Assembly (NCBI GenBank): GCA_022605425.2
Contig: CM061254.1
Span: 310,001-374,000, forward strand
DNA length: 64,000 nt
Direction of reading: 5' to 3'
Origin: Hamiltosporidium tvaerminnensis FI-OER-3-3
Lineage: Eukaryota > Fungi > Microsporidia
Shown here: one piece after another, positions 1 through 15,776 of the stretch
Layout: the number at the start of each line of letters is the position of its first letter
How positions within the stretch are numbered: the first letter of the stretch is position 1
The notes under the pieces: model-generated
What the model was told of the DNA's origin: nothing
What the model saw: the letters and a program-made list of their open reading frames with translations, nothing else
Database searches by the model: none
Translations under genes and position numbers: made by a program

Positions 1-329
1 ATAAAAAAAATTTCAAAGTTGTATAGTAAAAGAAATGATGAATAGGAGATTGTTGAAACTTCCAAATTTCTTTAAAAACGCAAAATCAAGAAAGACCGCA
101 GTGATGTCTGCTCCTACATTCGTGACACAACTGCATCGTAAGACAAAAAGAAAATGAAAATTCATGGAGATATAAGAAATCAGCGAGCAAATGAGTTCTA
201 TGTGTAAAAAATTTTAAATAAGACGAAATCCACGCAAAATGTTATGCACCAAGCCTTCAGAATAAATTATACGTTATAAATCGCAACACATTAATGTTGA
301 ATATGTATGAGTAACAAGTTGTATAACAG

Positions 330-1010
330 AAATTAAAAAAATATATTAATCCACAATAATAGAAGTATATATGAAATTTAGATTGTAAAATGAACAAATT
401 ACCGCCTAATGGGTTCGAAATTAGACGAAAGTGTGATAATAATTTTAAAATAAAAAAAACATGAATCCTAGACATTATTGGAACCATTTTTGCTTTTTTT
501 GATAATTATACAACATATATAATCTTAATCGTGAATATTTTAAATAATATGAACAAACGTCATATGAGATGTCCCTGAAGAATCATAAAATTCTTATAAG
601 AAAAGATTCAAATTCACACACTGGATCCAACAAGACTAAAAGGGTTCTTCGGATCGACAAATACACAAAGTAAACCCTAATACCGAACAAAACAGACAAC
701 CTTTTCACAAATCTTTCACACGAAGCAAGTATACATGAACAACTCATACTCAAACAAACTTAAATGTTAGTATGAAAAGAAATATAATCGATTCGAAACT
801 AACTATTGATACAAATGTGTACATAATGTTGTTTACGAATAACATCAACAAAACATTGGTTCTTTCCTCTCCAAGTACACTATGGTGGGATTCACAAAAA
901 CTCATTGTATATTGACGATTATGACATTCAATTTTAAATAATTCGATCAAATATGCCTAGCATAAATCTTGACACTGGTAGATCATTTAATTATACAAGC
1001 ATGGTTTATA
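330..1010 (+). pseudogene. Possible heavily decayed Ty3/Gypsy-type pol remnant (RNase H end / integrase)
   Basis: By-eye translation gives fragments such as IHEQLI (~733) and ILTLVDHLIIQAWFI (~967-1010), resembling the integrase H-x-H and 'ILTxVDxFSKxAW' motifs. Many stops and frameshifts; boundaries approximate. Confidence 0.3.
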
Positions 1011-4000
1011 TATAACGAATGAAGTTAGTCTCAGAGAATTAGATCCCTCTACAATAACATAATCTGAACATTGTTTTAAATATAAATTGCAGATTATAAA
1101 CATGTGAACAAAGTAATATACAACAAGACCGAAAAATATCCTCAATAAGTTTTGATTATATTCTTTCTGTATTTTTTTTCTTATTGAATATTGACTTTCA
1201 ATTTCATATGAATATATCTAAAAATATTAGGAGGATATATAGAGCAACATAACTTTTAAAGATTTATATAAATATGTTTACAAATATTTAAGCTGATTGT
1301 GCGTTAATGAAAGCATTTTAAAAATTTTAAAAATTTACATTGTTAGAATATAAAAAGATTATTTACTGCATTTTTTTGAATTTTATTTTCAAAGATGATA
1401 TACCATGAAGAAATAAACAGATTTATAATGTATTTCCAATTCGTTAAATTAGTTGTAATGCAGTTATAAAATGAATTATAAACTCTTGCGATATAATGAT
1501 CTCGTTTTTATACAGATCAGGCAACAATCAAATATTGCAGATAATCAAGAACTAAATACAGAAGAAGTAAAAGACTTACGAATAATAAACACATATGATT
1601 AATTCTAAAATTTCTATAAATTTGTTTTTGATTTGAATAATTTCTCAAAACATATTTTCTATCGTTTTCATAACACAAAGGTGCTTTTTTTCAAAAAATT
1701 TAGTAACAGAGATTAAATATAGCTAGAACAAATATGTTTAATATTGATATAACACACAGCAGAAAACACAACTAAATACCTTATTTACAAAGAATTGCAG
1801 AAATTTACATTTCCTTTTTAAATATCGAATGCCAAACGAACCGAATCGGATACATAAACAAGAAATTGTTTTCTCATAAATCCATCCTAGTTATATTAAA
1901 AATTTATGCCCGTATATCTATCTATTGCAATATATTCATATGTTGAATTTGATGTTTAAAATGAATCATCATTGAAGCCGATAGCTTATTTATAAATAAA
2001 ATCCATCATAATCGTTCCATGCATCATATTAAATGCATTTAAAGCCTATAGACGAGCGAATCTTTAATACATAATCTTTATTTTCGAGATACTATTTTTA
2101 TTTTGTCAGAAAGTCTTGTACGCCAAATATATTGTACTCGAAATAATCACTAGAAATCTTTTTACGACAAAGATATCACATAAATGATGTTATATTTTTT
2201 AAATGTCGAAAACAACACTTTAAGAATATTTTTAAATCACATTTAATAGACAAAATATCGTAATTTCATAAATCATATTACATAGCCATATTTTATAATT
2301 TGTTTCATTTGAAACGAACAGCTATATGAATTACTAGACTCAAAGTGCAAATTCGTACTTGTACTAAATTATTCGGTTTCATACCAATGAGAATAAATTT
2401 TCTCTTTATGGGTTGCTGCAAAAATTCAGTATAATTATACAAACCTTCGCAATAATTGTGGATATATTTATTTTGATCTTATATGTAGGAATAGTATGTG
2501 ATTGTTGTTATTTAATGATACAGTTGAAATGGAGTCAAGACAAATTTTTATTTTTTTTGTTTATAAAATTTACTTTTCGGAAAGATTCGAGAAAAAACTT
2601 TTTTTGAGAGATCTAGATAAATTTTTTTCAAATAATTTATATATCACGTAATAAATCAAATTTATATTTAATTCATAGTTTTAACTTTGTATTATAGACT
2701 AATATTATAAGTCGGAAATATGATTTAGTTATAATTATTTAAAGAAAATGTTAAAGTTCAAAAAATGGCAAACCTTTGCCAAAAGATACATTATTTTTAA
2801 AACATATTAAAATTTATGATTCTTTTATAAAATACAATAAATATTTGTTAACGAATCATCTGTTATTCGATAATTTAAATTCGATTTGGTTTTTCTGGAA
2901 TTTATTTGGAACTAAATATGGAATTTTTTAATAGTCATATAGATTAATTATTCATGTACGAAGAACAAAAAATATACCTTTTAGTGAAAATACAAAAATC
3001 TTATCCAAAAAAAAAACAGATTTACATTTATTATTCGATTTTCCTCGTTGTAAACCAATTTTAAATTAGATTTCTATATTCCGAATTTGGGTTTCCAATA
3101 TTCAAAATATATTTTTCTACGTTGACATTTTAACACCAAATAATCTCCTCATATTTATTTCACAACAAGGCAAAATAAAAATTTTTCGGTTATTTTTTAA
3201 ATCTCATACCTGAATACCTGTAAAAAAATATTTCTTTTCGAAGATTCAATACATTTTACAAATATTCAAACAAATATTCTCTATGTATAACTTAGTGTAA
3301 AATTTTGTTTTCTATTCATGTTGTCTTTAGTAGAATACTTTAACACAATGCTACAGTTGAAACCCTTTTTTTAGCATTAAAAAGACTTGGTTTCCAATTT
3401 TTAGATAATATTAAGTTCGCAATGATAAATTGATATTAAAAGTTTCTAAAGTCATTGCATACTTAACATAATCATGTTTAAGATACGCAAAAAAACGTAA
3501 GTATCAAACATAGTGAAACTTAGCATAACAATGACATCAAACGAGAATGGAATCCGCATACAATTTATATCTATAAAATATAATTGTACTAAGATTCACT
3601 AAAAGAGATAAATACATAATATACCTAGATTTGTTTTTCAATAAAGTTGAGAAAAGATTCCCACTCTTCGAATAAAATTTTGAAAAATCTCCCGCAACTC
3701 TTAAAATTTACTACGAAAATAGTTTCAAGGCTATCTGGTCATAGATCATAAAATATTTTAGATATAATTAATGTATCACCCAGTTTATAAAGAGCAATAC
3801 TCCTTCATAAAATCGTTACTATTATTTGAGTTTTACACCATATTCAACTCATTAAACTTAATTTGCTTTGAATATAATGCATGCTTTTCCATAATTGCCA
3901 TCTAAAAAGGCTCTAGAACAGCTCTAAAATCTAATTTAGATATAAATTTTTGTAAATTTACGGCATATTTGTGCTAAACAAAATACATATATACTTCATA

Positions 4001-5492
4001 ATACTCTCATCTAAAAATTAACAATACTAATATTGTCTCTTTATTCGTATTTCAGAGCAATTCTTTACCATATATGTGTTGATTTAAGCAAACATTGTGC
4101 AGAATGATGGTCTACGATTTTCATTAAATATACTTTTCGAAATTTGTAATATTTTTTAAATTAAAATTTTAATATAAAAAAAGTAAATAGAAGATTTATT
4201 AGATGACTAAAATGTAAAATTAATTAATCATTTATTACTTATTTTTTTTATATAACAGATTTATAAAAATCTGTAAAGTTTGACGAATGTTATCTAACCT
4301 TGCCTATATTTCAGAAACTACCAGGCTATATATAATAGATAACAAGCTGATATGCTATATATATTTGTGTATATATTTAAACATATAAGAAAAAAAGACA
4401 CTTTATGTTCCTGAGAAACACACTATATTTATTATATCAAACTGTCATCAAAAAGTTAATTTTAAACATAATTATAGCATTATTTGAGGAAAACAATGTT
4501 TTCTTATTCATTATTTAAAAATAATCGAAGCATATATAACAGTGTATCAGTTTATTTTCCAAGTCTTAGAAAGTAAATATGCTTATAATTTGTATTAGAA
4601 TAAAATCTTGCATTTTGAAAAAAAAAATTAAATATATCTTTAAAATATAAACCTAACGTATAATAAGTAAGAATAAAAAAGCCAATCATTAGAATATTGT
4701 TACAGATATGACTTTTTATGCCAAACCAAATGCACCCTACATTAGATCGAATTCAAAATGGTATTTTTTAGTTACAACATAAATATATCAAACAATTAAA
4801 GAGTTGCAATTCAAAAGTGATATTATCAACCAACATGCAAGCTTCATTAACGAATTATATACATTCTTTGTAACTATACTAAATCTTTCGGACAAATTTA
4901 TCAGATTAAATTTAGATTCCCGATCTTAACAAGCTCCTAACTTCATATATACGCTGTTTTATGTACAAATACAAGAATTCAATAAAGAAGTCAGGCAGAC
5001 TTGGAATCGAGTTATTTATAAACGAATACGCATTTATTTCCTTATTAAATATCGAAAAGAGTCGTTGCGAAAGTTTTATACAGGGGCCTAGAATAAGATA
5101 AAAATTTCTAATAAATCGAGGCTAACTATCCAGAAATAACACTAACAGTTCGGTAAATTATAAATGATACTCGACGTTTGAGTTCTATATTTTATGTTAT
5201 GAGTGACTATTTCTTTAATTTTAAATGTTTGTCCGAAAATAGTCTCTGGAAATTATTGGGCAATATATTATAGTATTTTTGCAGATCTTCTGCATGTAAA
5301 AAACAAATTTACAAATAAATTTTACCAAACTTTTATTTAGCTGTCATATAAAAGGCATTGGTTAAGCGATTAAATGCAAATCTAGGCTAGATTTATTTAT
5401 CTTAAGTTACAGATTATATATTAAAAAATATACGTTAATATATTGCCTCGTCCAGAAGAGATATTGACTAAACTCAAAGCTAAATTTCTCTA

Positions 5493-5721
5493 CAATACCC
5501 GGGCAGAATTAGCTCGATATATTCTCTGTTTGTCGTAAAAAGTGACTCAAAGGGACTAGTCTTCTAGTTTGGGGTTAGGCGTAGGGCTAACAGCCCACCC
5601 TTTAAAACCACCTTGTTACGAAACCTAAAAGTAAACAAACCCACTTAAAAGACCAGTGGGCAGTATCACCGAGGGGAGCCCAGGCTCGTACAGGGCTATA
5701 GTACCGATCATTATAATGATG
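5493..5721 (+). mobile_element. Short RTE-derived non-autonomous element (SINE-like), copy 1
   Basis: Colinear with copies at 15777, 23463 and 25180: gggcagaatt...attctctgtttgtcgtaaaaagtgactcaaagggact...ggggttaggcgtagggctaacagcccaccc...cccaggctcgtacagggctatagtaccgat, then an atgatg tail. Possible degenerate TSD ctcaaagctaa / ctaaaagcgaa. Confidence 0.8.
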
Positions 5722-8700
5722 CTAAAAGCGAATTATAATTTTTTATAAGACGTTTTACCATTTAATTTTTCGTTTGCTTTTAAACTACGTTAATGAAAGT
5801 ATATATCAAAACGGTAACTAGATTTATTTAACTTTATGTGTTCATTTCAAACCTCATTTTAATATTTTTGTTTTTGCTAATATTTATATTTTATTGATCG
5901 TTATATAAACAAAAAACATGCAATGTTTACATAAATGCATTTAATTAATGTTATATACACATAGAAAACAGCTTCATTTAAAAGGAAAGCCTGCTTAGAA
6001 AGTTTTTTTTAAAATTTGAGTTCTCTTTTTCGATTTTATCAAAAATTTAATAGATAATTACTATGCCATATTTTAGAGCATAAACTTATAATGATGTTTC
6101 CAAAGTTTTCGACATTTAAAAAACTATTTATATATAGATAGAATGCATACTAAGAAAAAACTAGATCTGAAACATCAATCACATTTAATAAACACATATT
6201 TAAAGAATTTCTTAAAAAGTCTGCTTCAAAAATTTTTATCTTTGATGAATGAAGAATTTAAAATATTTTTGTTACATCGTATGTTTGTTTCCGACTCGCA
6301 AAATAACGGTTTATGCTTTGATATTTTTTTTATATTTCTATTTTTTAATTTTTTTTCATTTTATACTTTTCTTTTTATTTGAACTGTAAATATTTTAATA
6401 AAACTATGCGATGATTTTACTTCTCGATAGTAAAAATCATTAAGATAAAATATATTCTTTTAGATTTTTTAACGAAATCACGCGAAACAATGAATAAATT
6501 CTTTTTCTATGTATTTGACTGTCATTATAAATTTCTTTATGAATTAAGAATATGTTTCATAACAGAAGTATGCTTCGGATAAGTTTCTATTCAGAATTTG
6601 ATCTGTTATAGATAATTACATTTAAAGATGTGGCATCTTAAGAAAATAAATAATCCGAGTATTACTAAAATTATTAAGTTAAAATAAATAACAAAAAGGC
6701 TGCACCCAAAAATGTTCGAATATTTGTTTGAAAGCAGCTTTTTATCTCTGAATGTATCATAATATAGATCTAGTTTTTTTCATCGACAAATACACCTGAA
6801 AATTAAGAAATGAGATCCAATATGAATACAGAAATTTCAAAAATAGCTCATATACAAAAAAACGAATGTGTTAGTTAATTCTTGAGAACAAAAAAAGTAA
6901 CTAACAATTTAAAAGACGCTTAGCATAAATTATTCTGTTATCTCATTACTTATAAATAATCTCGTTTTAATTATTGCATTTTATTATAATGATTCGGAAA
7001 TTATAATTTTATAAGAATTTAAGATATTTTAAACGATTCTATGATTTTAAACGTAAAATTAGCTCGCAGCTATTAAATTTAAATATCCCAAATCGTTAGT
7101 GTTCTACCTCGCCTCAGTTTTATACATATACTTTTTCAAAAAATTCTAAATATACATTAAACAATGCCATTTCCGGGTCTGTTTATTTCAGAGTGCTCTA
7201 TTTGAGTGACAATATGAAATAAAGTTTATTTTTACTAAATTATTAAGGGTTCTGGTTTGCAAGAGGATACTTTACACTAATAAACACAGCAAATCTCTTA
7301 TATCAATCTATCCATTTGGTTATAATAACTAAATAAATTTCAAGTAGAAATGCCAAAAAATATACTTAAGTTTAAAAGTATTAACTTTACATAACATATA
7401 TGAATTTCTTGTATAAAATTTACGATATAAAGTAATAAATATATTTTAAATTATTACTGCTGATTTCAAAAGCCCTATGAAACAATATAAATACTTTATA
7501 CTTTTTTATTCTAATTTATGTATAATACAATTTTTATGGTAAATAGCAACTCGAAAAGACATGGCTAGCCTTTTTAACTTATTTATTACATTTTTTTAGC
7601 AAACTCGAAATAATATATACTTTGAATTAGGTATTTTTTTATTCTAAATACACAGAAGTTAAAGAAAATAAGAGATTATTAACTTGGTACTAATCGAGAT
7701 TTTTTTCCTCCAATTCCGATTCCAAAAAATAATTTAACTTGTTTGAGCAATGTATAAAGCTTATTATTAAATGGCAAATGTACTTTAGTACCAATTCAAC
7801 GCCTTAATATAATTTCTTGAAGAAATACAGAAGATTATAAATTTCATTGTATGAATCGATAATTAAAAAAATTTTTAAAAAGAAATATTCTTGACTTCTA
7901 ATTCAAAATTCCAAAAGTGTCTAACACAAAAAATTCTCTTCAGCACCGAGATGTACAAGACGCTTGAAATAAATTATTGAGTATAAAAAGTTAACATGAA
8001 TTTTAACTGTATTTGCTTATATGTTTTATAAAGTACAAAAAATATATTTTTTTACTTGATAATTTCTATGTAAAACAGAAATGAAATTATTAAAAATTTC
8101 TTGAAGAACAATTCAACGTTTCTTAAAATAACTTGAAGCAATTATATCCCACGCTATTAGAAAAAACATTATCCCTTTTTTTGCTACAAAATCAAAATAT
8201 ATAAAACAATATAGACGTAAAAAATTGTTCTTCTATTTTTTATATGAAACCTTTTTCACGATTGATAAACTTTAATATTTTGTAGAGTTTAATCTTGTCA
8301 TTCTCAAATTTGTTCAATATAAGAATTACAAATTTTTATTTATAAGTTATATATTGAATCTTATAGTTAAAAACTTACTTTTCTGTTATTATATAAATGT
8401 GATATGTTATAAAGATAACTATATTTGCTGAACTTAAACAATTTTTTTAACCACAGAACCTAATTATAAGATTAAAAGCCAGTATATAAAGCATAAAATA
8501 GTATATTATAACCAATTATTGTTCTTTATTAAATTCAATTAGATTTTTAAAAATATTAAAAGTGCGATTAAACAAAAAAACTACTTCCAAGTATATCATT
8601 AAAGGATACAGTCCCATAATTTTTAAAAATTTGATTTTTTTCTATCAAATCATAATAACTTGTATAAATCAGACACTTTCACAATAAAATTTTTTAAAAT

Positions 8701-11499
8701 AAAAAAAAACTATAAATATTTCATATGATTTTTTTTAAAAATTAAAAATCTTTGAATTTGCTTTTATTTTTTAAATTTCATACGAGCAATTGAAAAAGAC
8801 TGATATTTTCTTATATAAAAACATTACGATTAAAAACATATACAGATATGGCATACCAACAAAGTTTCAACGATAAATCTGCATTTTAGTTTTCATATTC
8901 ATTTTTTAAACTTTAATTACGAAGTATCGTACATTCCACTAATTTTATTATTCGAATATCCGGAAGAAATGCAATCATTAAACAAATAATCTAGTTATTA
9001 AGATACAATAAACCTATAATTGATGATTTCATCCGAGAATTTTTTTGGTTTACTTTTTTTTGATGTTTTGCGAACATTTCATTCCTATGATCTATAAGTT
9101 GATCAAAAAAATGTCAAAAGTACAATAATTCATAGAATATAGTACAAAGACAAAACGTTTACAAGACCTAGAACTCGCTTTTATAAACACGAGCGTCCAG
9201 CAGGTTTGAAAAATATATCTTATTTCAAAAGCATCTAAGAAAAAATATAGCAGCAGCGAATATTTTTTTATAATTAGGTTTTAACTTATATTTAGCGAAA
9301 ATAAACAATTGGGTTTTATAGTAAGAATCTATTACATGTAAAAATTGCATCTTAAAGGCAGTTATAAAATTTCGACCACTTCTTATAAAATACTATTCGG
9401 GTTTCTAAATGTTTTATCTTATTATAATTCTTATTTTAGCGCCATTGAATAATATTTAATTGCAAAATGCATTTGTACCTAAAAAAATGAAAATATAGTA
9501 CTATATGGTATATATTAAAAATTTCATTTTGAAAAAGATGTTTTTTTGGGTGTGTTTATTTAATTCTTGGCTATAAATAGCACAATAGCATATTTTTTAA
9601 CACATGTTATAGACCAAGAAATCCTATAAGATACATTGATCGATTTTTTATTCAAAAATATCGCTATGTATTTTTAATCCCAGAATCGATTTCAGATTTG
9701 TAAAAATTACTAACATAATATATGGATTCTAATTTATTTGTTAATCTGATTTAATTTGTCAATAATTACATAGTTTCGAGCTTCAAGTACTATATGATAA
9801 ATTTTAAAAAGTATCCAATGATAAAACCAAATTCATGTTTGCTAGATATCCGATTTACTCTAGACCAAATAAAAGCTTAATATGTACAAAAGGCATATAT
9901 AAATTAATTAATAGACTTTTTTTTGTTTATAAAACCAATTTTACAAGAATAAACACAAACCAAAATTCAAAGTTATCGTACGAAAATCATTTCTTTTGTA
10001 TTCTATTGGTTGTACAATAATGAATATTACCGCTTAATTCTCGTTTAATCCTTTAAATAAAACATATCAGATATATCTTTGGTTTATAAACATTTTACCT
10101 AACTTTCTTTTCATTTCTCTATTTAAATAGATACAAGGACCAAACTAACGTCTTCTTTGCGACTTTCTATATCGTTATTAGACCATTTTTTTTTGTTAAA
10201 GGCTGCTTACGAATTACATGTCTAAAAAATCGTTCTCCACAAATTCTTTGCTCTTAATTTTGGTTTTTTTATGAACGCTATTTAAAATAACAGTTTGGAA
10301 TATCTCGGTAACTATTACTCGGTAACCATTTTTTGAATATAAATTTTAAGCCTTCTACTTTAGCTATAATGTTCACTTGTATGAGTTGATAGAAGCAAAA
10401 CATCGAGTCGAATTTATTTTCATAACAGTTTTGACTTAAATTGTTTTAAATCTATTTTTGATAAAAAGAAACGATAAAATATCATCATATTTATCCGATT
10501 AAAGTATTTGTGTTCTTAAAGGTAGTATTTTAAATTTTCGAAATGAACATAAATTTAAGGTACAAGGTTTTATTTTAAACATTTACAAAATCGTTTCAAT
10601 GCTAAAAAGTTAGCCTTAAGTCAATAATATTTACATTTCTTTGCAGTGTAAGGATTTCACCATTAATACAATGTATTATATTATTTTCATAAATAAAATA
10701 ACTAGAAAGGACCTTTACATCATATCGATATAGTAAAGGCATGTTGCGTCTAATCTAATATAAAACATTTTTGTTCTATGTATAAATGACATAGAATAGC
10801 ATTCTGATTTTAAAATAATATCTTAATCAAAATTGACGAAAGAAACAAAAGGTAAAATAGAGCTATAAGCAAAAAGAGAGGCTTTCGAGTGCAAATTTAT
10901 CCAGAAAAATGCTTCATTTTATTACAGCGGTATTCTGTAGACATTATAATTTGGATTTTAAGAAAGGATAGGAAGCTTAGTGTGCTGTCCTACATAAATT
11001 TTTTTTGTACACAATGAAATTTGAAAGTATAATAAATCATCATGCATTGTGATAAAGTTTGGGAGTAGGTCTATGGTGTTCGCTTTGTGTTGACAACAGG
11101 ATAAAACCAAAAAACATATATAATACAACATTTTATTGTAAAGTAACAATTCAATAATATCCAGAAATGATAATGAAATAGAAGATGCAGCATAAAAACA
11201 CTTTTCTACAGCTTAAATTCTTTAGCGAATAAAATAATGTACCAAACGACGCTTTTGGATTTAAAGCGGCAATATTTAGACTTATTACAACATCGAATGC
11301 TTTTGCGCAAATAAATTATAAAGATACTTAACAGAAAAAACATACATTTTATACGGCTTACGGAACGGACTGCCCTCAAATAAAAATCAGCTGAACTATT
11401 GAGAAATGCACACATATTCAATAGATTTGGAACATTGTCTTTTTTAAGTACTAATATCTGACTTAAAGGTCATAGCCATTTTAATTAAATTTCGGATAA

Positions 11500-13712
11500 A
11501 TGTTCCGACTATTGACCAATATACAGTATGCCAAACCGATAGAATCTTACGACGAAATGCGCAACAAAAGTCGTTGAGTTTAAAGTGCAAGGAAGAAGTA
11601 TATCACCAGATAACCTGTTAGAATCGGTAAGAGGAAAGCAGCGCATGAGAGAGCAGAACTAACTGAACATTGCCTTAAATAAAGATAAGAAAACAAACTT
11701 AAGACAACGTGGATTGATCTCAAAAAAGCGTATAGTTCAATAGATCATGCGTTTTCTTCACAGTATATCGAAAACATGTATTTACGGATAAGATCGTAAA
11801 TTTATTGAAGTAATAATATCGAAATACAGAATTGATACCAGAATAGGGCTTGAAAAAATCATGACCCAAAAGATTGATAGAGTTATTTTGCAAGGGAATA
11901 GTTTGTCACTATTGCTGTTTGTGCTGCGTATTTTTCTTTCAGCTGAAAGCTTAGCGAGAAATACACAAAGAGACAATACTAACAGATGCAGAATCTAACT
12001 CTACTAATCATCTCATTTTTTAGAGATGAACTTAAGCTCCTTTTGCCAAAGAGTTTAATGCTGGAGGAGATGACAGATGAGGTTAAAAAGTTTTTGAATA
12101 ATACAGTATTAGAAAAACCAAATTTTGTCAGCCATAAAGGACTCGTGTTGGAAAGATACTGATACTCTTTTTGGAGGTATAGGTGTTTTTCATATCTTGG
12201 AATAATATATGATAGCAGAGGAATCTCAACCTGTAAATCGTTCGAAGAAGTACAAAGCGAAATGATATTAAGTTGAATGACTTTGACGCATATGATTGGA
12301 TACAAAAGATTTCATTTCTGCAATCAATCAACATGCAATATCGTTAATCAACTATCACATAGGAATACTTCGACTGGAATTTGCTGACTTCTCTAGGTTA
12401 GATGATACAGTACAGACAGCGGGGGTAAAGAATAAGATACATTTACGCTCAAGGGGTAAAGAGTCTCTATATCTTTATAGAGCAGAACTTGGAAGAGGTC
12501 TTTATAATGTTGAGTTGCGAAACGAAGATATGCTTTTGCAACTTCTGAATAGTTGGGGAAAAGTAAAAAAATATAAACTAACAGAGTAGCAATTTCCAAA
12601 ATGGAGAATATCAATAAAACCAATTTTGTACAAATAAAAGGCTTCCTAAAAGTAAAATATTGATCGGAAAAAGGAGTCACTAGGAGGAAGTGCGAGGAAA
12701 CTTTACTTGCAACATTATTTAACGAAATAGAAAAAATAAAACTTCAATCAAATTTATATAAGGCTAGAGAAAACGAGCTTGTAAGTGTAAGTGAGTCTTT
12801 GAGATGGTTAAAGGAATTAAAGTGTGACCATGTGATGAAGCAGTATTCTGCTATATCTAGAATAGAAATGTATTCAGGGGCGCAGAAAGTGTGTTTCACC
12901 CTGCAATCAATCAAAACAACAGTCGTTCATTTTCAGCCCTCGATATGAAAAAATGCTTGGTCAGGACTATATTAGAGACAAAATAAAGCGGTAAGATGCA
13001 TACACTTACTCCTACTAAATATATAAAAATTCAAGTCCTTATAACGAATTAGAAGTCACTCGGTCCAAAAATCTTTATAACGAGTATGCAGAGATATGAG
13101 GGGAAACTGGATATAAATTGATGTCGAGATTCGGTGTAAAGACTCGATATATTTATTTTTGATAGGAGAAAAAACAAGATTCACTCATTGAAGTTGGAAT
13201 AACTTCACAAGGCTAACTTCAAACAGTCTAAACGGAGAAACTTAGAAAATATGACCTATTAGTAAATGAGCTGGATTTTATTTATAAGCGTAGTGTTGAG
13301 ATAATCCCTTATGGGATGACCTAGGCGGTATTGGCACAAAATACTATAATTCACTCCTTAGAAGACCGCAAATCCTCCATAAGGATGGGGTTACATCCTG
13401 TCGATTGTACTTAAAAAGACAGTCGAAACACTATCTTCATATCGACGAAGACGACTTGAGTCGTGACCAATTGCTGTGGAGAGTTTGGAAAGTTTGTTAA
13501 TAGGTATTATTAAGTGAGCCGAGATGTAAAACAACCAATACCCTTTTTTAAGCAAGTAGACAACGAGGAAGATGGGGCTAAAAAATAAAATACAAAACAA
13601 ATACGAAACACTTATTTTAGAAGACAAATACAGTGAAGGATACAAGATAAATATTAACCAAGAGTCGGATTTAGAGAAAGATAACGAAGGGCTAAATGTT
13701 TGGAATAATTAA
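11500..13712 (+). mobile_element. Decayed, 5'-truncated R4/Dong-clade non-LTR retrotransposon (RT, CCHC finger, restriction-like endonuclease)
   Basis: Motifs in the expected order across frames: WIDLKKAYSSIDH (~11710), QGNSLSLLLFVL (11891), NHL..(DD)LKL (~12006), YLG (~12193), AINQHAISLINYHIG and LYLYRAELGRGL (ORF 12296-12589), a degenerate C-x2-C..H region (~12890-12935), RQN for RHN (~12976), LIEVGI (~13184) and EKLRKYD (~13235). Many stops and frameshifts. Confidence 0.9.
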
Positions 13713-15776
13713 TCCATACGAGATAAATTTAAAAAACCCAGATTTTAATGGAATACTTTTTAAGGATAAATGATATTTAAATAAATTATGCTTTCGAAAA
13801 AACAATCAAAATAGTTATTTTACAATTTTTTTTAGAATTAAAACCGAAAAAAAAATCTAGTACAATAAATACAGTTTTGATTACGCTTATAGTTCATGCA
13901 TTAAACTCAAGATTTAAGGTTTTACTTTTATTAAAATGTTAAGTTTTTTAGTGAAAATTTAACTAGCAACTAGCTCTTTACAAATAAATATGAATGGAAT
14001 TAAACAATCATAACAATAAATATGCCTCAGAATTTCCTTAATAACACTCATATGTTTTTTAAATTGCAAGAATAATTCCGAAACGAACTTTCAAAGGATA
14101 AAAAGTACTGATAATGTAAAATTTTAGCAATGCATATTTTCCATTATTGATTTAGCGGCATTCAAAAAAAAAGAAGATATTTTTCAGAAATATTTTTTTG
14201 ATTTTTTAAATAACTATAAATCTCATTATTTCCAAAATATGGCAAACAATTTTTTTTTGGTTTTCTTTTACTAAATAGATATATTTTTTTAAATATAAAA
14301 TTAAATACATTGAAGCAACAAATCATACTGTCGAAGGAACTTAAACGCCAAATAAAAGTTTAAGATTGTATTCGAATAGAGTAACGTAACGATGATTATC
14401 TTTGGAGCGAAAGGGCCATATATATTGGAACAATACTTTGTAAATGGGCATTAATATTTTATCATTTTAAAAAAATTGTTTAATCTGAATGTGTGTTAAA
14501 GTAAAATACATGAACTTGTTGGAATTGTACGTTTGATGATTTGACTGATTATAAAGGTTTTATGGCGGATTTCAGCCTAATATTTTTCTAACAAGCGCGT
14601 TGTTGTGTTTCATTCAGGCTTATAAACACAGGTTTTTTCTTACTAAAATAGCAAAATAGATAATAAAATAATTCCATGCAAATTTTCCATATCAAAAAAT
14701 ATGATATATCCTGTTTCTGTAGCATAATCATTTTTTTAGATATTTCTAGGCATCTCAACAGATCAAAACAAACAAACAAAAACAATATCTGTAACAAATG
14801 TGATACGCAAGTAAAATTGTCAGTAAAAAGGCTCTAATTTTGCGAATGAATTCCTTAATATATCGATTTTGCAAATCAAATTGTTGTAATAATGTATTGA
14901 TTCATACCAGTGTGAAAAATATCCAGTACTCATAAATTACTTGATGATAGAATTGGGGTATTTTGAAGTTATTATTTTTTCACAAACCACAATTCTCTTT
15001 TAACTGCTAAAACCCCCAAAAATAACTTTTTTATATACCCATAAAAATTCTTTTAGGAAAAAACTAAACATATTTCGTTTGGCAAAAGCTTTAAGGCTAG
15101 GAAATTTTCTTTACAAAGAATATACTAATCATTATTACTTTAAAATAAATCAAGGATATATTTTAAAGACAAACATTCAAGAATCGTTGAATCGATAAAG
15201 TACCTTTACGTTCATTTAGACTATAGTTAAGGCGAATATTAGTGGATGTATGTGTCTCTACGTGTGGTGTATAAATTCTATAATTTAATGGCTTCGCAGT
15301 TTTGAAAATTATAATTTATAATAATGTTTTGAATTACCACCAATAAATGCTCTAGAAATCTCTAATAGCAAAATTAAAGAACATATTTTATCGAAGCGAG
15401 CAAGCTCTATCAATACTTTATAATAATATTGTTTATATCGATTGGCTTGGTGGTTCTGATCTTAAACAGTACCCTGCTATATTGCCATACTTTTTTTTGG
15501 CTTTCTATATTGAAATATACATGCTTTGTTCTTCTGCTTAATGAAAAAAAACATGTAACAATTAAGGCACTATACTTGCGATTTAGTAAATTATAAATAT
15601 TAAGCTAAATATTTTTTTAGGTTAAGATCATGAAAATAAAAAATTTGCATATAATTAATATTTTGAAAGCGCCTCCGCAAATCTAATATTTCAATCATGT
15701 AATAACATCACATTTCAACAATATTCGGGTAAAATATATATCGTTTTATTCTATAATATATAATAAAAATTCCTCT

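Noticed and set aside
6155-6779. 14-bp inverted repeat aaaaaactagatct / agatctagtttttt about 600 bp apart (possible MITE ends)
   Set aside because: Half of it is an A-run, it does not extend, and no TSD is seen; compatible with chance.
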